NCBI GenBank assembly: GCA_038087875.1
Contig: CM075979.1
Span: 73,718,001-73,782,000 of the forward strand
Reading direction: 5' to 3'
DNA from: Malacoraja senta
Taxonomy: Eukaryota
Length of the DNA: 64,000 bases
Positions 26,189-39,268 of the stretch are shown here, piece by piece. Each line of letters begins with the position of its first letter. The first letter of the stretch is position 1. The position numbers were made by a program, and so were the translations under genes. The notes beneath the pieces were generated by a model that searched no databases, was not told where the DNA came from, and was given only the letters and a program-made list of their open reading frames with translations.

Positions 26189-27846
26189 GTAACTCCACCC
26201 TGTTTCCATCATGGCCTGTGCTGCTAGAGCACAGGGCAGTCCAGCGGCAGTTTCCCATGGAGGCCCAGCAAAGCTTGCGTCTGAGGGTGGGTTGCTGAGA
26301 AGGTCGGCCTCTTGCCCTCGGCCACTGGCTGAATACCCGCTCCCCCACCCAGCTGTTCACTTGTCTCCAGTCAGATTCGGTCGCGGGTTCCCTGGAGTCA
26401 CTTGTTCCATCCACGGTGAATAAGGGTGGCATGGGCAAAGGGAGTTCCCATGAGCAAGGAGTGGTAGCTCCCTTTGTTGAGATAAAATGCTGTAGGCTGG
26501 TGCCTCGTATCAACTGTCCTTCCTCTCTACATCCGCGAGTACTCCAACTTTGATATTCCTGGGATCACTTACTCTGGGATTAATCAGTCTTTCCCAGATC
26601 ACTCTCTCTGGGATTAATCTCAGTCCTGATGAGAATCACTCCATTATTTCCAAATTTAGTAACAGTCCTACTTTCAGAGTCATTTACAGATGTGCCTTGG
26701 TTCACTTGCTCGCAGCGGGGAGTCATTTACTAACCTTCCCACTGCCAGCTACATGAGTGAAGGACAGAAATCTTGACCAGGGTGACCTCTTCACTCTACA
26801 GGTAACATGTGGGTCTTTCGGAGTCATTCTCACCATCTGGGGCAGGGTGGGGATGTTGGGTGAATGGTCATCCACTGGGTCAGTCATCTGCTCTGGGTCA
26901 GTCACAGACCTTTGCATTTCCTCCAGAAGTCGATCACTGTCCTTCTGGGATCATTGTGACTCATTCCATATGGGGGGGGTTTAATCATTTCTTGATCCCG
27001 GCTCTCCTACTCTCCCCCAGAGTGAATCACAGAACCACAGAATGTAGCCCATTCCAGTCCAGGTTCCCCTCACGCACCATCCTATCACCATCCCTTCATC
27101 AATGTTGGATCTAAATCCTGGAACTACAGCACTGAGGAAGCAGCCTCAGCAGAAGCACAGCAGTGGTTCTACTACACTCACAGTTGGGGATGCTGTTCTT
27201 GCCAGCTGAGTCCACAACTCTAAATGTCCGTGCTCCAAATGTGAGCAGCGGACTGCCGAGTTCCAACCTCTTTGACCCATCCCTTGGGATCCAGTCCACC
27301 TGGGGTTCTGCTGACTCCAGCTGCTCAGAGATCTTCACCAGCCGTGCTCAGAACTCCTAAACATTGCAGAACCTCTCAAACCTGCTGCTGACAGTAACCT
27401 TGATCCCAGCACACTGGTTTCCTGACCAACTGGTGTCCAATATCCTCAACTAGAGCAGTATGGTTTTCCTGTACAAGTGAGCAATATTTAACTTTTGTGG
27501 GGAGGTTTTTTTTCTTTGCTTTTTAAAAAATTCCTTTTCTCAAGGAAGCTTGGTTTTCCTGACCATCAGGTGAACTGTACTCCACTGATCGTACCTACTG
27601 TCAGATAACTTACTGCATCTGCCTGACCTCTCCTAACACTAACTGCATCTATTGCACTGATACCGGAGGAGGTTACACCTCCTTTCACCTCCTCGATGGT
27701 GCTGGAATAAGCCAAGCTGGGACTCATTGACAGCCCTGGATATTTGCTAGATGGTAAAGGGCATTTCCACACCCACTCCTATCTATCACTGTCGGCTCTC
27801 TTGTACCTAGCCAACTCTCTGCCATTACCTGAGTAGTGGGCATTGG

Positions 27847-28235
27847 CAAAGATCCTATAAGATAGATCACTCCTGCTAAATACAATGGGCTGACGTGTAG
27901 TACGCAACGGAACGGAACGTAGGCCTTTTTTTCATCCATTTCCACAACCCGACCCGACCCGCAGTGTAATCAACGTTGCGGGGGAACAGTTTGTGTTAAT
28001 AAATTAAAATTCTGAAAATGAGAAGTTTTTTACCAAATAACTTTTATTTTTACGAGGATGTTTCCGTAACCGGCTTCCGTCTCCGCACTAGTTAACTTTG
28101 CTCCACTGTGGGATCTTTGGTGCGGAGACGGAAGCCGGTTACGGAAATGGGGCCTAAAATTACCCATGAATCTGCCCATGACCGTACTATGTCTTTTTCG
28201 TCGAGTGATCTATCTTGCTTGCTATAGGATCTTTG
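27847..28235. mobile_element. hAT-superfamily MITE
   Basis: TIR caaagatcctata..agatagatcactc at both ends; 8-bp TSD ggcattgg (27839-27846, 28236-28243). Confidence 0.88.
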
Positions 28236-28685
28236 GGCATTGGGTGTCTGAGGATCAGTAGGTTTCTGGGTGGGCCTGCCTAACTTTGACAAACTGTCAT
28301 TGATTGTCTCCATTGCTGCACAATGTCCGTCCAATGAAGCTGCTCAAGGGGCTAGCCATTTCTCCATCAGAAGCAAGTGAGTGAACGGGTACTCAGTGCG
28401 CACCTGCACCCGAGGGGCTTATCTGTCAACAAAACCACCATTGAACGTGAGCCTGCGCATGAGGCACCCTGCACCAGAGTTGCAGTCCCATCAGAAGCGA
28501 CGGAGCACCTGGTCTGCATGGCAACACCTTGCAGGACTAGACTGCTGCGTGCTACCTCATTCCCTGTGCAAGGTTCTGACCGAGAGTTTGGGTTGTGTTC
28601 ATCTCTTGAGCAGCACATGTGTGTGCATGATTTGTACTGCGTGTTGCCTGGCATTGTACAGTAACTCTTTCTAATCTTATTATAG

Positions 28686-28736
28686 ACTATTGGGGAGAGT
28701 CTAGTTACAGTGAAATCCTCGACTTGCATCTGGGTG
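28686..28736 (+). CDS. MICAL3: MICAL3-like 51-nt cassette exon: DYWGESSYSEILDLHLG
   Basis: tatag acceptor, G|gtacgt donor, phase 1 to 1; resembles the recalled alternative MICAL3 peptide DYWGES.YS..LDLHLG. Confidence 0.82.
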
Positions 28737-29231
28737 GTACGTATGGCTGTCGCTCTGCTTCATCATTCTTGCTAACCTTCACCTTTCTCTCTAATGCCTT
28801 CCTCTTCACTTGTATCCTTGACTGCACCCTCTTTTTAGTTTAGTGAGGTTAGAGTACCTGCCTCCCTGCCCCAGATCTTGCACAGTCTCGTGTATGTATA
28901 GTAGTGACCGTTCTCAGCTGAAGAGATGGGGGGGGGTGGGGTGGTGGGGTGGATGTCAAATTGAAAGTAGTGTTTGGACAAGTGATCAAGCAGCAAGTTG
29001 CAAGAACAGCTTTGCTTCTAATCGAGTTACATGCTGACATTATAGGGCTAGCCAAATGTTGTTTCTTGCCTTTGGAGGTGGATGGGTTTGGGGACAGATG
29101 AATGGGAGTGATGGGGAACCAGATGGTTGGTTGGGGGAGAAGGTGAAGGGCGGCAGGGTGACAGAGGTTGGTGGTTAGGGGTGATGAATGAGAGCGGGGG
29201 GGAGTGATGGATGGTAAATTGGCAAGATGTA

Positions 29232-30004
29232 CAGTGCCCTCCATAATGTTTGGGACAAAGACCCAACGTTTATTTATTTGCCTCTGTACTCCACAATTAG
29301 AGATTTGTAATAGAAAAAATCAGATGTGGTTAAAGTGCACATTGTTAGATTTTATTAAAGGCCATTTTTTATACATTTTGGTTTCACCATGTAGAAATTA
29401 CAGCTGTGTTTATACATAGTCCCCCCATTTCAGGGCACCATAATGTTTGGGACACGTGGCTTTACAGGTGTTTGTAATTGCTCAGGTGTGTTTAATCGCC
29501 TCCTTAATGCAGGTATAAGCGAGCTCTCAGCACCTAGTCTTTCCTCCAGTCTTTCCATCACCTTTGGAAACTTTCATTGCTGTTTATCAACATGAGGACC
29601 AAAGTGTGCCAATGAAAGTCAAAGAATCCATTATGAGACTGAGAAACAAGAATAAAACTGTTAAGAGACATCAGCCAAACCTTAAGCTTACCAAAATCAA
29701 CTGTTTGGAACAACATTAGGGATGCAAAGGATATGCAACAAAATACTATATATGACTACTTTCATTTACATGACATTGCTGTGTCCCAAACATTATGGTG
29801 TCCTGAAATGGGGGGACTATGTATAAACACTGCTGTAATTTCTACATGGTGAAACCAAAATGTATAAAAATGGCCTTTATTAAAACCTGACAATGTGTAC
29901 TTTAACCATATGTGATTTTTTTCTATTACAAATCTTAAATTGTGGAGTTCAGAGGCAAATAAATAAATGATGGGTCTTTGTCCCAATCATTATGGAGGGC
30001 ACTG
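29232..30004 (+). mobile_element. Internally deleted Tc1-like (IR/DR) element
   Basis: About 225-bp TIRs starting cagtgccctccataatg with inner direct repeats, TA on both sides, remnant transposase N-terminus (..DISQTLSLPKSTVWN..). Confidence 0.9.
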
Positions 30005-30339
30005 TATGGCAAGATGCATTGAAGACTAAATGTAATGAGGAAATAATGAGCGAATAGGCCAGAGTCCAGTCCCACAGGAAATGACTCCCACAGAGTTCCA
30101 CTTCTGCAGAACATGATACTCAGGTTCTAGTTGGGTGGGGGAATTTGATGCATCGATGGGAAGAGGCACTTTTATGGAATTAACTGACAGAATTTTTTTT
30201 TACTGAATTAACAAACAAAAATAAGGTTGGGGGCTTCAACCTCTGCAGTGTAGGTGGGAGCTCCAGGATTCTACCCATGTCCCTGGGGGACGGGGACGGA
30301 GGAGGTTTAGCTGATCCAAGAGAGTTAGATAGATCTGTG

Positions 30340-30545
30340 GAATTCTCTGCCTCACAAGGCATTGGAGGCCAATTCTCTGGATGCTTTCAAGAGAGAGTTA
30401 GATAGAGCTCTTAAAGATAGCAGAGTCAGAGGATATGGTGTGAAGGCAGGAACGGGGTACTGATTGTGGATGATCAGCTATGATCATGGCGGTGCTGGTG
30501 CGAAGGGCCGAATGGCCTACTTCTGCACCTTTTGTCTATTGTCAA
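30340..30545 (+). mobile_element. CR1-like LINE 3' end
   Basis: ctgtggaattctctgcc..ttagatagagctct..gaagggccgaatggcctac tail. Confidence 0.75.
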
Positions 30546-30869
30546 TAGAGAGAAATAGGAATAACGTTTTTTAATCGAGCATGCCTCATTTTAACGGGTT
30601 GAAAAGTGATAGCAACTCAAACATAACTCACTCGGAGCCACTCATCAAAGGGGTTCAGTGATTTAGCAATTTTGAAGTCGATAAATCAACAGAACCAAAT
30701 GATATGCAGCTCAGACTAGTAAAAAAACGAAAGGGGGAGATGGTAGAGGCTCTGGATACAAATGTTTGATATACTAGGAACGGAAGCAGAAAAGAATTGC
30801 AAGAATATTGCCAGGGTGATTATGGTACCAAGATTATTTTTCTCATTTGAAGAGGTTTTTTTTAGAAAT

Positions 30870-31128
30870 GTAGTGTGGAACTAGGCCCTGAGTCCATGCC
30901 GACAATTGTTCACCTGCACACTGGTTCTATATTATCTCTCTTCCGCATCCTACACACTAAGGGCAATTTGCAGAATCCAATTAACCTACAAACCTGCATG
31001 TCTTTGGAATGTAAGAAGAAACGCAAATTAAGAGGGAGAACGTGCAAACTCCAAACAGACAGCAACCGAGGTCAGGATCGAACCCAGATCTCTGGCACTC
31101 TGAGCCAGCTGCTCTACCACTGTGCCAG
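30870..31128 (-). mobile_element. HE1-type tRNA-derived SINE
   Basis: Minus-strand head ggcacagtggtagagcagctgg..ggttcgatcc (Pol III B box), central body and LINE-like tail. Confidence 0.75.
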
Positions 31129-33456
31129 ACTTGAAGGACTGAGTTGTAGGGAGAGATTGGGCAGGCTAGGACTTCATTCCACCCAAGGGTGTGTTTGACA
31201 AAACTTTCAATGTAACCCTACTGGTCAAAATAATCAAAGACCATGGGATCCAAGGGTGAGAGGCAAACGAGATCCAGAACCAGCTCAGTGTCAGGAAGCA
31301 AACAATAATGATTGATGAGTGTTTGAGACGAGAGGCAGTTAGCAGTGGGGGTTTCTCAGTACTCAGTACTTGATCCCTTGCTTTTTCCTATTGCATAATC
31401 AATGATTTAGACTTAAATGTAGAGAGCATGACAACAAATAGCAGGATATTGGTGTGGAGAAACAAATAAATCTTGACATGTATGTGCACAAGTACTTAAT
31501 GATGGCAGGACAGGTCAATAAGGTGATGAAAAAGATATACAGGATGCTTTGTTCTATTTACTGAAGCACTGAATGAAAGATAGGAATACCGAGAGGGAAG
31601 ACTCCTGTGCCCTAAATGTATGAGGAGTCTGCGAATGTAGACAGACATAACGAGTGTGATGGAGAGAGGCAGTTATTGATGGGAGAGGCAGGAATCGAGG
31701 TGTGATGGGGAGAGGCAGAGGTTGACGGGGAGACAGGAGTTGTGAATGAAGGAGATGGCGGATGTGATGGAGGAGACTGGGCTGTATGGGGCAGTGGGGG
31801 TTCTGATTTGGGAGAACCAAGGATGGGAGAGGAAGTGATGGAGAGGGCTGTGAAGGTGGAGGCAGGGCGAAGATGGGAGAGGTGGAAGTTGATGTATGTA
31901 ATGGTGAAGGGGCACACTGCAGTTATTTTTACCTGATCTTTCTGTTTCATCACAGGAGCCTGAATATTTAGACATTGGAGCACTAATATTAAGATTAGTG
32001 AGTGGACTGTAGGTTTCACACTCACTTCTATTGTTAGCTATCACTGTGTACATCTCTGCATGAATTTAACCATGTGTCTGGCTTGGTCTCCTGCTCCCCA
32101 TCATTGGCTGCGGAAACTTGCACACATGTGGATATTGGCAATCAGCTACAGCTGTCCTCAGCTGTGATAGTCCCCACCGTTCAATAGCTAAACCGCGCCC
32201 GTTCTTTAAGCTTGATGCATTGCCGAAAGTTAATGGTGCGCAGTTAGAGTTGGCATCTACAATTCAGAGGAATGAGAGCAGAATGTGTCAGTGATGGCCA
32301 GCGCGATGTGAAGATGGCAGCTTGCTGATTGCCCCACTCTCTGTGAACCAGGTTAGCTGGCAAGTTGATGATAGCACACTGCTAGAGGAGGCCATTCCTG
32401 TTAATGGGCTGACTTATGCTTAGAGGGCACAGTCACTGATAAAAATCTAGCTGCTTGTTTGCTCTTGGTTTTAAATGTAGATTGCATGCTCTTTATGTAA
32501 TTCAAATGGTTTCTTCACTAACAATTAACTGTTTGCTCACCTCTTCCATCACCTACCAGTCTCCCTTTGACTTCCGGTTTGTAGCAACACTTGTGGAGCA
32601 GACTGTCTTAATGACATTGGTTCGGTTTAAGCATGGGCACTGATGGATGTTCTCTTGATGGATGCATGATTGTGGAATTTGGTTTTCTAACTCCGCATCA
32701 TACCAGGTTTTACAGAGGTCAAGCAGTCTGCTGCCAAAATGGCTTAGCTAGAGAACAAACTCCAACCAAGGAAACTACTATTACAATCCAGCTGTTGTGC
32801 CACATAATAACACTGGGAGGGCAGTGAGCGAAAGAGGCAAAGCATTCCACATCTGGGCTCCACATGGGCAGTTCTACCAGCAACATATCTCTCCCACATC
32901 CATTATAATTCTCGTTCCTCTCCTCATCCATCCTCTTCTAATCTCTCTCCCGCACTAAGTCTGACTTTCTGCTTCATTTCACCCCCTGCTCAAAAAGTGC
33001 TCACATTTATTTCTTCCTCAGCCTTTTGTGTACTCATGCCTTTTCTCTTCCAAGCTGTGCTTCCCGTTTTCCCACCCCCCCCCCCCTCCTTTGTGCTTCT
33101 GTCCCACTCTCCATCCTTGTTCTGGTTTACATCCTGGCTCTGCCTCTCTCCCTCCTTCTGCCCCACTCTCGATTCTGTGAGAAGATTTGCTTGAGATTTT
33201 GAAAGTTGGAGGCTGCTTGTTATGGAGGGGTAGCGTGGTCTTTGATCGTGTAACCCTGATTGCATGAGTGAGATATGCCATTAGTTCCTTGATTGCTGCA
33301 GGCAGTTGCACTGTCTCATCCTGTTCTTATTTTCCTTCATTTCTTTCTGTTTGTTTCCTGCCCCCTCATTATTAGATTCTTGCCTTTGCCCTCTTCTTCT
33401 CTCCCTCTCACATTCTGCTCCTCTGCTTTGCTTTTCTTTTACTTCTCTTGTTGAAG

Positions 33457-33525
33457 TTGAGGCCCTTGTTGGAGCTCCGCGGCGAAGACCTCTTTCCTTC
33501 TGCCACTGCTGTACCCACGACAGAG
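33457..33525 (+). CDS. MICAL3: MICAL3-like 69-nt cassette exon: VEALVGAPRRRPLSFCHCCTHDR
   Basis: Very long pyrimidine tract, aag acceptor, G|gtaatg donor, phase 1 to 1; resembles the recalled MICAL3 isoform peptide PRRRPLSFCPCC. Confidence 0.82.
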
Positions 33526-35595
33526 GTAATGTAAACCAAGCCCTCAGAGGGTCACCTTAACAACACTGGGGTTCTCAAACCCTGAGGCTCAGTACAGTTC
33601 CCTTGGACACCTGGTCAAGTGTAAATTGTAATCAAATACCGCACCCGCTGCAGGACCCGCTTCAGGGAGCCAGAGGTAAGAACGGCCAGAGAGCTGGAGC
33701 CGTCAAGAAGTTGAGGAAACCGATGGCTTCAAATTAGTGGGGCAGAGATAGAAGTGAATGGCACAGTCCCCCGACGGATGGGTTAGGCCCATGGGACACA
33801 TTGAAGTGGTAGATGGTTTAGCCATCCCCCATTTGGCAACGTGCAAGATGGCGGTCAGTAGGGATAGCGTGAGTGTGTAGGTGCCATGTCCCATCCCGTC
33901 AACAGATGCCGTTGTCAGCCTGCTCTGTCCCCCTCCTGTAGACCTCAAGCCTGGGAATCCCCGACTGACAGGACCTCAGAGTGAGCATCAAAGTTCGAAG
34001 CAAAGCCCCGTTAGATTAAGGCAGATGAATGGATTCAAATGCTCTCTTAGCTTTGGGGTGATCCTCTGCTAACAGGATATAGCTCTCCACCCTCCACCAC
34101 CTCGACCTTGGCCCCCATCTCACCGTTCAACCCCATCCCTTGATCAAAGGCTCCAATCACCAACCACCAAACCCTGCACTTGGCTCAGCCTTTGCCCCAG
34201 CACGAATCCCCTCACACCATTCCTTGATTCCACTCCTTGATCCTGCTACTCCTCCCCACCCTTCTACCTCACTCTACCTTGCCATCCAACCACAGCATGT
34301 AGGCACACACTTGGTCTGTCCCTTCAGTCACACCATCTCCCGTTCTCTGTGTATTATCCTCCCAAGTTTCCTGGCTTTTTCTCCCCTATTTCCCCATCAT
34401 TTGCTTTTTCTTCCCATGGCCTATTTTCTCCTCTTCTCCCAATTCCCCTAATCAATTTTCCTCAGTGAATGGAAGGTTTCTTACTTGTCATGTTTTCTCT
34501 CTCTCTCTCTCTCCCCCATATTCTCCCCATCTCCCACTTGCCCATTTCCCAAACAGTTCTCCCATAACTGTGCAGTACATAATAACGCCATTTATACACA
34601 TATCCAGAGTGACGAAGATCCTCCTTTCTGACCCACGTAATTTAATGGTTAACTACCTGAGGACTCATGGATCCATCACCATATCCTGTAATAACAAACC
34701 ATTGAATTGGAAGATCAGCCTAATCTCTGCAGGATGAAAACTCAGTCAACATTCTCCTCTGAAAGTAGTGGCTGAAGAATAGATTCGGATCATCCCCAAA
34801 GGCCACTTCGTCGTGCCGTCCTGGGTCAGAAAAAGACCGAGGGCTCTGGAGAGTGAGTGAGGCAGTGTGACATTAGTTTTAATTGGGCTAGTGTGGAGCC
34901 AGCTTTGGTACCATGGGTCTAAAGGCAGGGAGACTCAACCACTACCCGCACTGAGGTGAGAAGCTGGGCAATGTGAGAAAGAATTGAGACAGGGTGGTTT
35001 CCTGATGCCCCCCTCCTACCCCTCCAAGGATCTCACTTCACTGTGAGTGCACACCGGGGCTGGGAAGGAATGAGAGTCTTGCCGGTGCAGAAAATTGGCT
35101 TGTGGCGTAGACCAGAGCGTAATAGCTGTCCCTTGGGACTTTACTCTGCCTCTCCGCCTGCTTGCAGTGACTCACTCCATTCCACTCGCAGTAATCTCCA
35201 CCTGGACTGACTTCTCATCTCAACGACTGGGCTTTATTTTCCCGTACCCTGCTTTTCTGTTCTGCAAGCACCCGTTTTGTTGAATGGCCTGAAATTTTCC
35301 CTTGGCTGAGAAACTTTCCATTCACTGAGGCACAGTACCTCCAAACCTTGGTCAGCTGACAGTGGAGACATCTGAGTTTTACCTGTAAAATGTGAAGTCT
35401 GGAGTCAGCTGCAATCCATAATGGTGAACAAGATTCAACCTGGGGCAGGGACTGAGAAAGCAAGAGGACTAGGGATTGCAGTCAGTGGTTCTACGCACTA
35501 AGTACATAGGTTGCCAATGTGGGCATGATTTACCCCCTAGAGTAATTCCCACTGCACATTAGATGGTACAAGTACGCTATAGAAAGGTAGATTCA

Positions 35596-35792
35596 AGGAA
35601 CTGCATATGCTGAAATCTTGCTTAGAACACACAGGAAGGAACTCAGCAGGTCAAGCAGCATCTCTGGAGGGCATGGATAGGCGACATTTTGGAACACGTC
35701 AGTAGAAGGGTTCTGATCCTAAACGTCACCTGTCCATGTCCTCCAGAGATGTTGCCTGACCCGCTGAGTTGCTCCAACACTTTGTGTTCTAC
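35596..35792. mobile_element. Inverted pair of Penelope-derived repeats (degenerate hammerhead cores)
   Basis: Minus copy followed by plus copy, forming an imperfect palindrome. Confidence 0.7.
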
Positions 35793-38251
35793 TCTGTTGA
35801 AAGATGGTTTAAAGTAGATTCGTGACCTTTGAGGCCATTAAATCTAATTAGCACTAATTAAGCAAGTGTTCACATACAGCATGTAATTGTTGCACATTGG
35901 ACAAGTACTGTAGGTTGCCAATGCTTCCCTGTTTACCATGCACATTCAGAAGTAGCAGCATTCTCCGATGCTCTCAGGTTGGTTGTGTGTTGCCCATTCA
36001 GTTCAAACGGGTTAGATGTGACTTTTGTTCATTGTTCAATCTAAGTGAATGCTAGTCAGTCACAAATCTAGCAGAGTCTGTCTGTGAACTGTCCCTTTGA
36101 ATTTGCAAGAAAGGAATAAATCAAGGGTGAGTTTCAAGCAAAATCTGCAAGTAAGGGTAGGAACATCAACCAATCAAATCCACATTATTGGGAGACGGTT
36201 TAAGCATTTACCTTGAATTTCTTCCAGCTGAAAACTTGTTACTGATTCAATGTTGTAAAGGAGCCAAAAGTACTTCTTACCATGTACACCCCCCCCCCCC
36301 CCCCCTCCCACCTTCCCTAGAAAATGGATTAGCAATAAACACGTCCCATCAGTTGGCATCGCACTGAAAAATGATTCCTTTAGTCCCATCAATCCCACCA
36401 CGGACCCCTCCTCCCCCCCCCCCATTCACTTATCGTCCTTCTACCAATTCATTTGGACTTCACTCCTCCCACTTTCCCATTACAGAACTCTCTACAAGGA
36501 TAAGAGCAGTGACAATTTTGTTCCTATCATACGTTGGTGGAGGAGAAACTAACCTTGCCACACGTCTTGATATTACCAACCAATTGTTAGAGGACATCAT
36601 AGGTTAAGTCTCACAAAAATTAATCATCCTTTTTTAGACAAATTAACATTACAACTTCCTAGTGTTATAAACCAATAAATTACCTTCCATAGAAGTGACC
36701 TATTACAAACCTGTCATTGTATTAATTTAACATTACAGAACTTATGTGTAATAAACTGCTACTACCGACCAACCATTATGTTAAGCTATCATTACAAAGC
36801 AACCAGTGTTTCAATCTAGTATGACAAGCTTGCTATTGTAACACGCTGATACTGTAGAGTTTCCACCCAACAAATTGGCACTGCAGATCAACCAAAATAC
36901 CAGGCTAACGTTGCAGGCCAGTTGTTGGTGTGAAGCTAACAATGTAGACCTCACAGTTTAATCGACCAATATTACAGGCCTTCCATTTTTACAAACTGAC
37001 AATACAGACCCCTTATTGTAATATAGCAATATAACAGACCAATCATTATATGAAACTAAGATCACATTTCAATTAAAAACAACATTACGATCTTTCCATT
37101 GTAACAAACTAACAAGGCAGACACACCATTATAAGGAACCAATATCACAGACTAACCACTCTTAAATCAAAATCAAACTTTAGATTTAAAGGAATTGAAA
37201 TTAAGACCTCTCATTATGGAGACCAATGTCACAACTGTAGTAAATCAACATTCCAGGCTTTCCTTTGTACAAAATGACACTACAGCTATCCTATTGCAAT
37301 AGAATTGTAATAAGACTTCACCTGGTAACCTATTAACCTTACAATTTGTGAGATATGAGTTGTTTGCTACAGTTCACCACTCAGCGAGTCTTTGAAGCCT
37401 GAGGCTTTATGTCAAAAGTAGGCTATGTCACAGCTCCCTACTCCGAAACAATATACAGGGAAAAAACACAGCAGTGCCTAGTGCATGGTGGAAGGAATAA
37501 TAAGCAAGTGGGGTAAGAAAGAATGTTCAACGTTGAATCTCTAATCTACATCCAAGAACCATTATTTGCTTGTTTCATATCCACATTCAGGCGAGAGGAC
37601 ACACAGACTGGGCTCAGGAAAGGGATTGTGTAGAATGGTGGGCACTACTGAGGTTCCATGAATGTCATTAGAATGAAAGTGTGTGCATATGCAGTGCATG
37701 TGATAATGTGTCTTAATGTGTAAGTGTCTCTAAGATTGTGTGAATGGGTACACACTTGAGTTTAAAATTGCATGGGATGTCTCAGAATATGATGATTGTG
37801 TAACAGAAAACTTTTACGTACGAGTAATATGTGCATGGTACATAATGCCTGAAAATGTCATAATATGCACTATGAAGAGTAGCATACCTGACAGGTTAGA
37901 ATGAAATGAAAATATTTTGTAGTTTATGTAATCAATTGCGGATACCCAGCCAGGTGAGTTGCAGGCTGCAACATTTACCTAAAGATTTTGCAATTTATAT
38001 ATTAAATAAAAGATGAATGGGAGCGAGTTGTAGGCTCTATCAATAAATATTGGGAGGTTTACAGGTAGAATATCAGATACTTGGAAATAAGTTCAATGCC
38101 AGTCTAATTGAGAGATTTTCAGTGTTCAGGTACGGAATATTTACATCTAAGTGGTGAGTTACAGATTAGATTGTATTCAGTGGGTTTTGAAGGTTTATAT
38201 TAGAAAACCTGGAGTGAGTTATAGGCTGGAAACTAATCTATAGATATTGGG

Positions 38252-38345
38252 TGTAGACAAAAATGCTGGAGAAACTCAGCGGGTGAGGCAGCATCTCTGG
38301 AGCGAAGGAAATAGGCGACGTTTCGGGTCGAGACCCTTCTTCAGA
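38252..38345 (-). mobile_element. Penelope-derived repeat with intact hammerhead core and 14-bp TSD
   Basis: Minus strand CTGAAGAAGGGTCTCGACCCGAAACGTC (38317-38344); TSD ctatagatattggg at 38238-38251 and 38346-38359. Confidence 0.85.
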
Positions 38346-39139
38346 CTATAGATATTGGGAGTTTATTTATAGAATAGCAATTACCTAGAAGCAAGTTATA
38401 GGCTAAAATATGAACAATAGTGATGGGGATGTACAGCATATGTAGAATGGCAGATGTTGAAAGTAAGTTACTGACTGGAATCTAATTGAGAGATCTTGGA
38501 GTTTACTTATGGAATAGTAGATGCCTGAAGGTTGAGTTTGAGTACAGAATCCAAGCAATAATTATTGGATACTTCAAAATTATTTACTGCCTAGAGTTCA
38601 AATAAGAGTTTAATTATAAAATCTAATCAATACATGTTGAGAATCAAATGGGGGAATCCAAGGAAAAATCTATAATCTTACTGAGAACTGAAGGATTTGT
38701 AAGCAGAATCAGTAATAGCAGAAGGGATTTGAGTTGGTCAATTATGTGCAGATTCTAACTGGATTTTTGGAGCATTAGAAGCAAAATAATATGTGGAAAT
38801 ATTCAAATTTCTAATACGTGGAAAAGAAAAATTGAAAATACTCTGCAGATCATGCACTATCTGTGAACAGAGAGATAGAGTCAATGTTTCAGACCAATGG
38901 CTTTTCTTGGAACTGGGAAAAGTTAGAAACAGAATGCATTTTGTTGTTTGGAGAGTGAGGGGGTGTCGGATAGAGGGACTAAATAACACAAGTGTTGGTG
39001 GTGCTTGTTGAGAGAGGTTGGTGACGGGTGTGCCTGGATGAGGCACAAGTAAGAGGTGAAGAAAGAAATTTGAAATACCAGAAGAGATGAGAGGAATAAA
39101 AGAATGACTGCAGTAAATGTGAGATACAAGAATGGAATG

Positions 39140-39268
39140 TGTAGGAAGGGACTGCAGATGCTGGTTTAAACCGAAGATAGACACAAAAAGCTGGAGTAAC
39201 TCAGCGGGTCAGACAGCATCTCTGGAGAAAAGGAATAGGTGATGTTTCGGGTCGAGATTCTTCTTCAG
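39140..39268 (-). mobile_element. Penelope-derived repeat with 11-bp TSD
   Basis: TSD agaatggaatg at 39129-39139 and 39267-39277; mutated hammerhead core. Confidence 0.8.

Noticed and set aside
31065-31128. tRNA gene
   Set aside because: tRNA-like head of a SINE; no complete cloverleaf
33942-34072. Additional MICAL3 cassette exon (DLKPGNPRL...)
   Set aside because: Plausible acceptor but no phase-compatible GT donor and no recognisable homology
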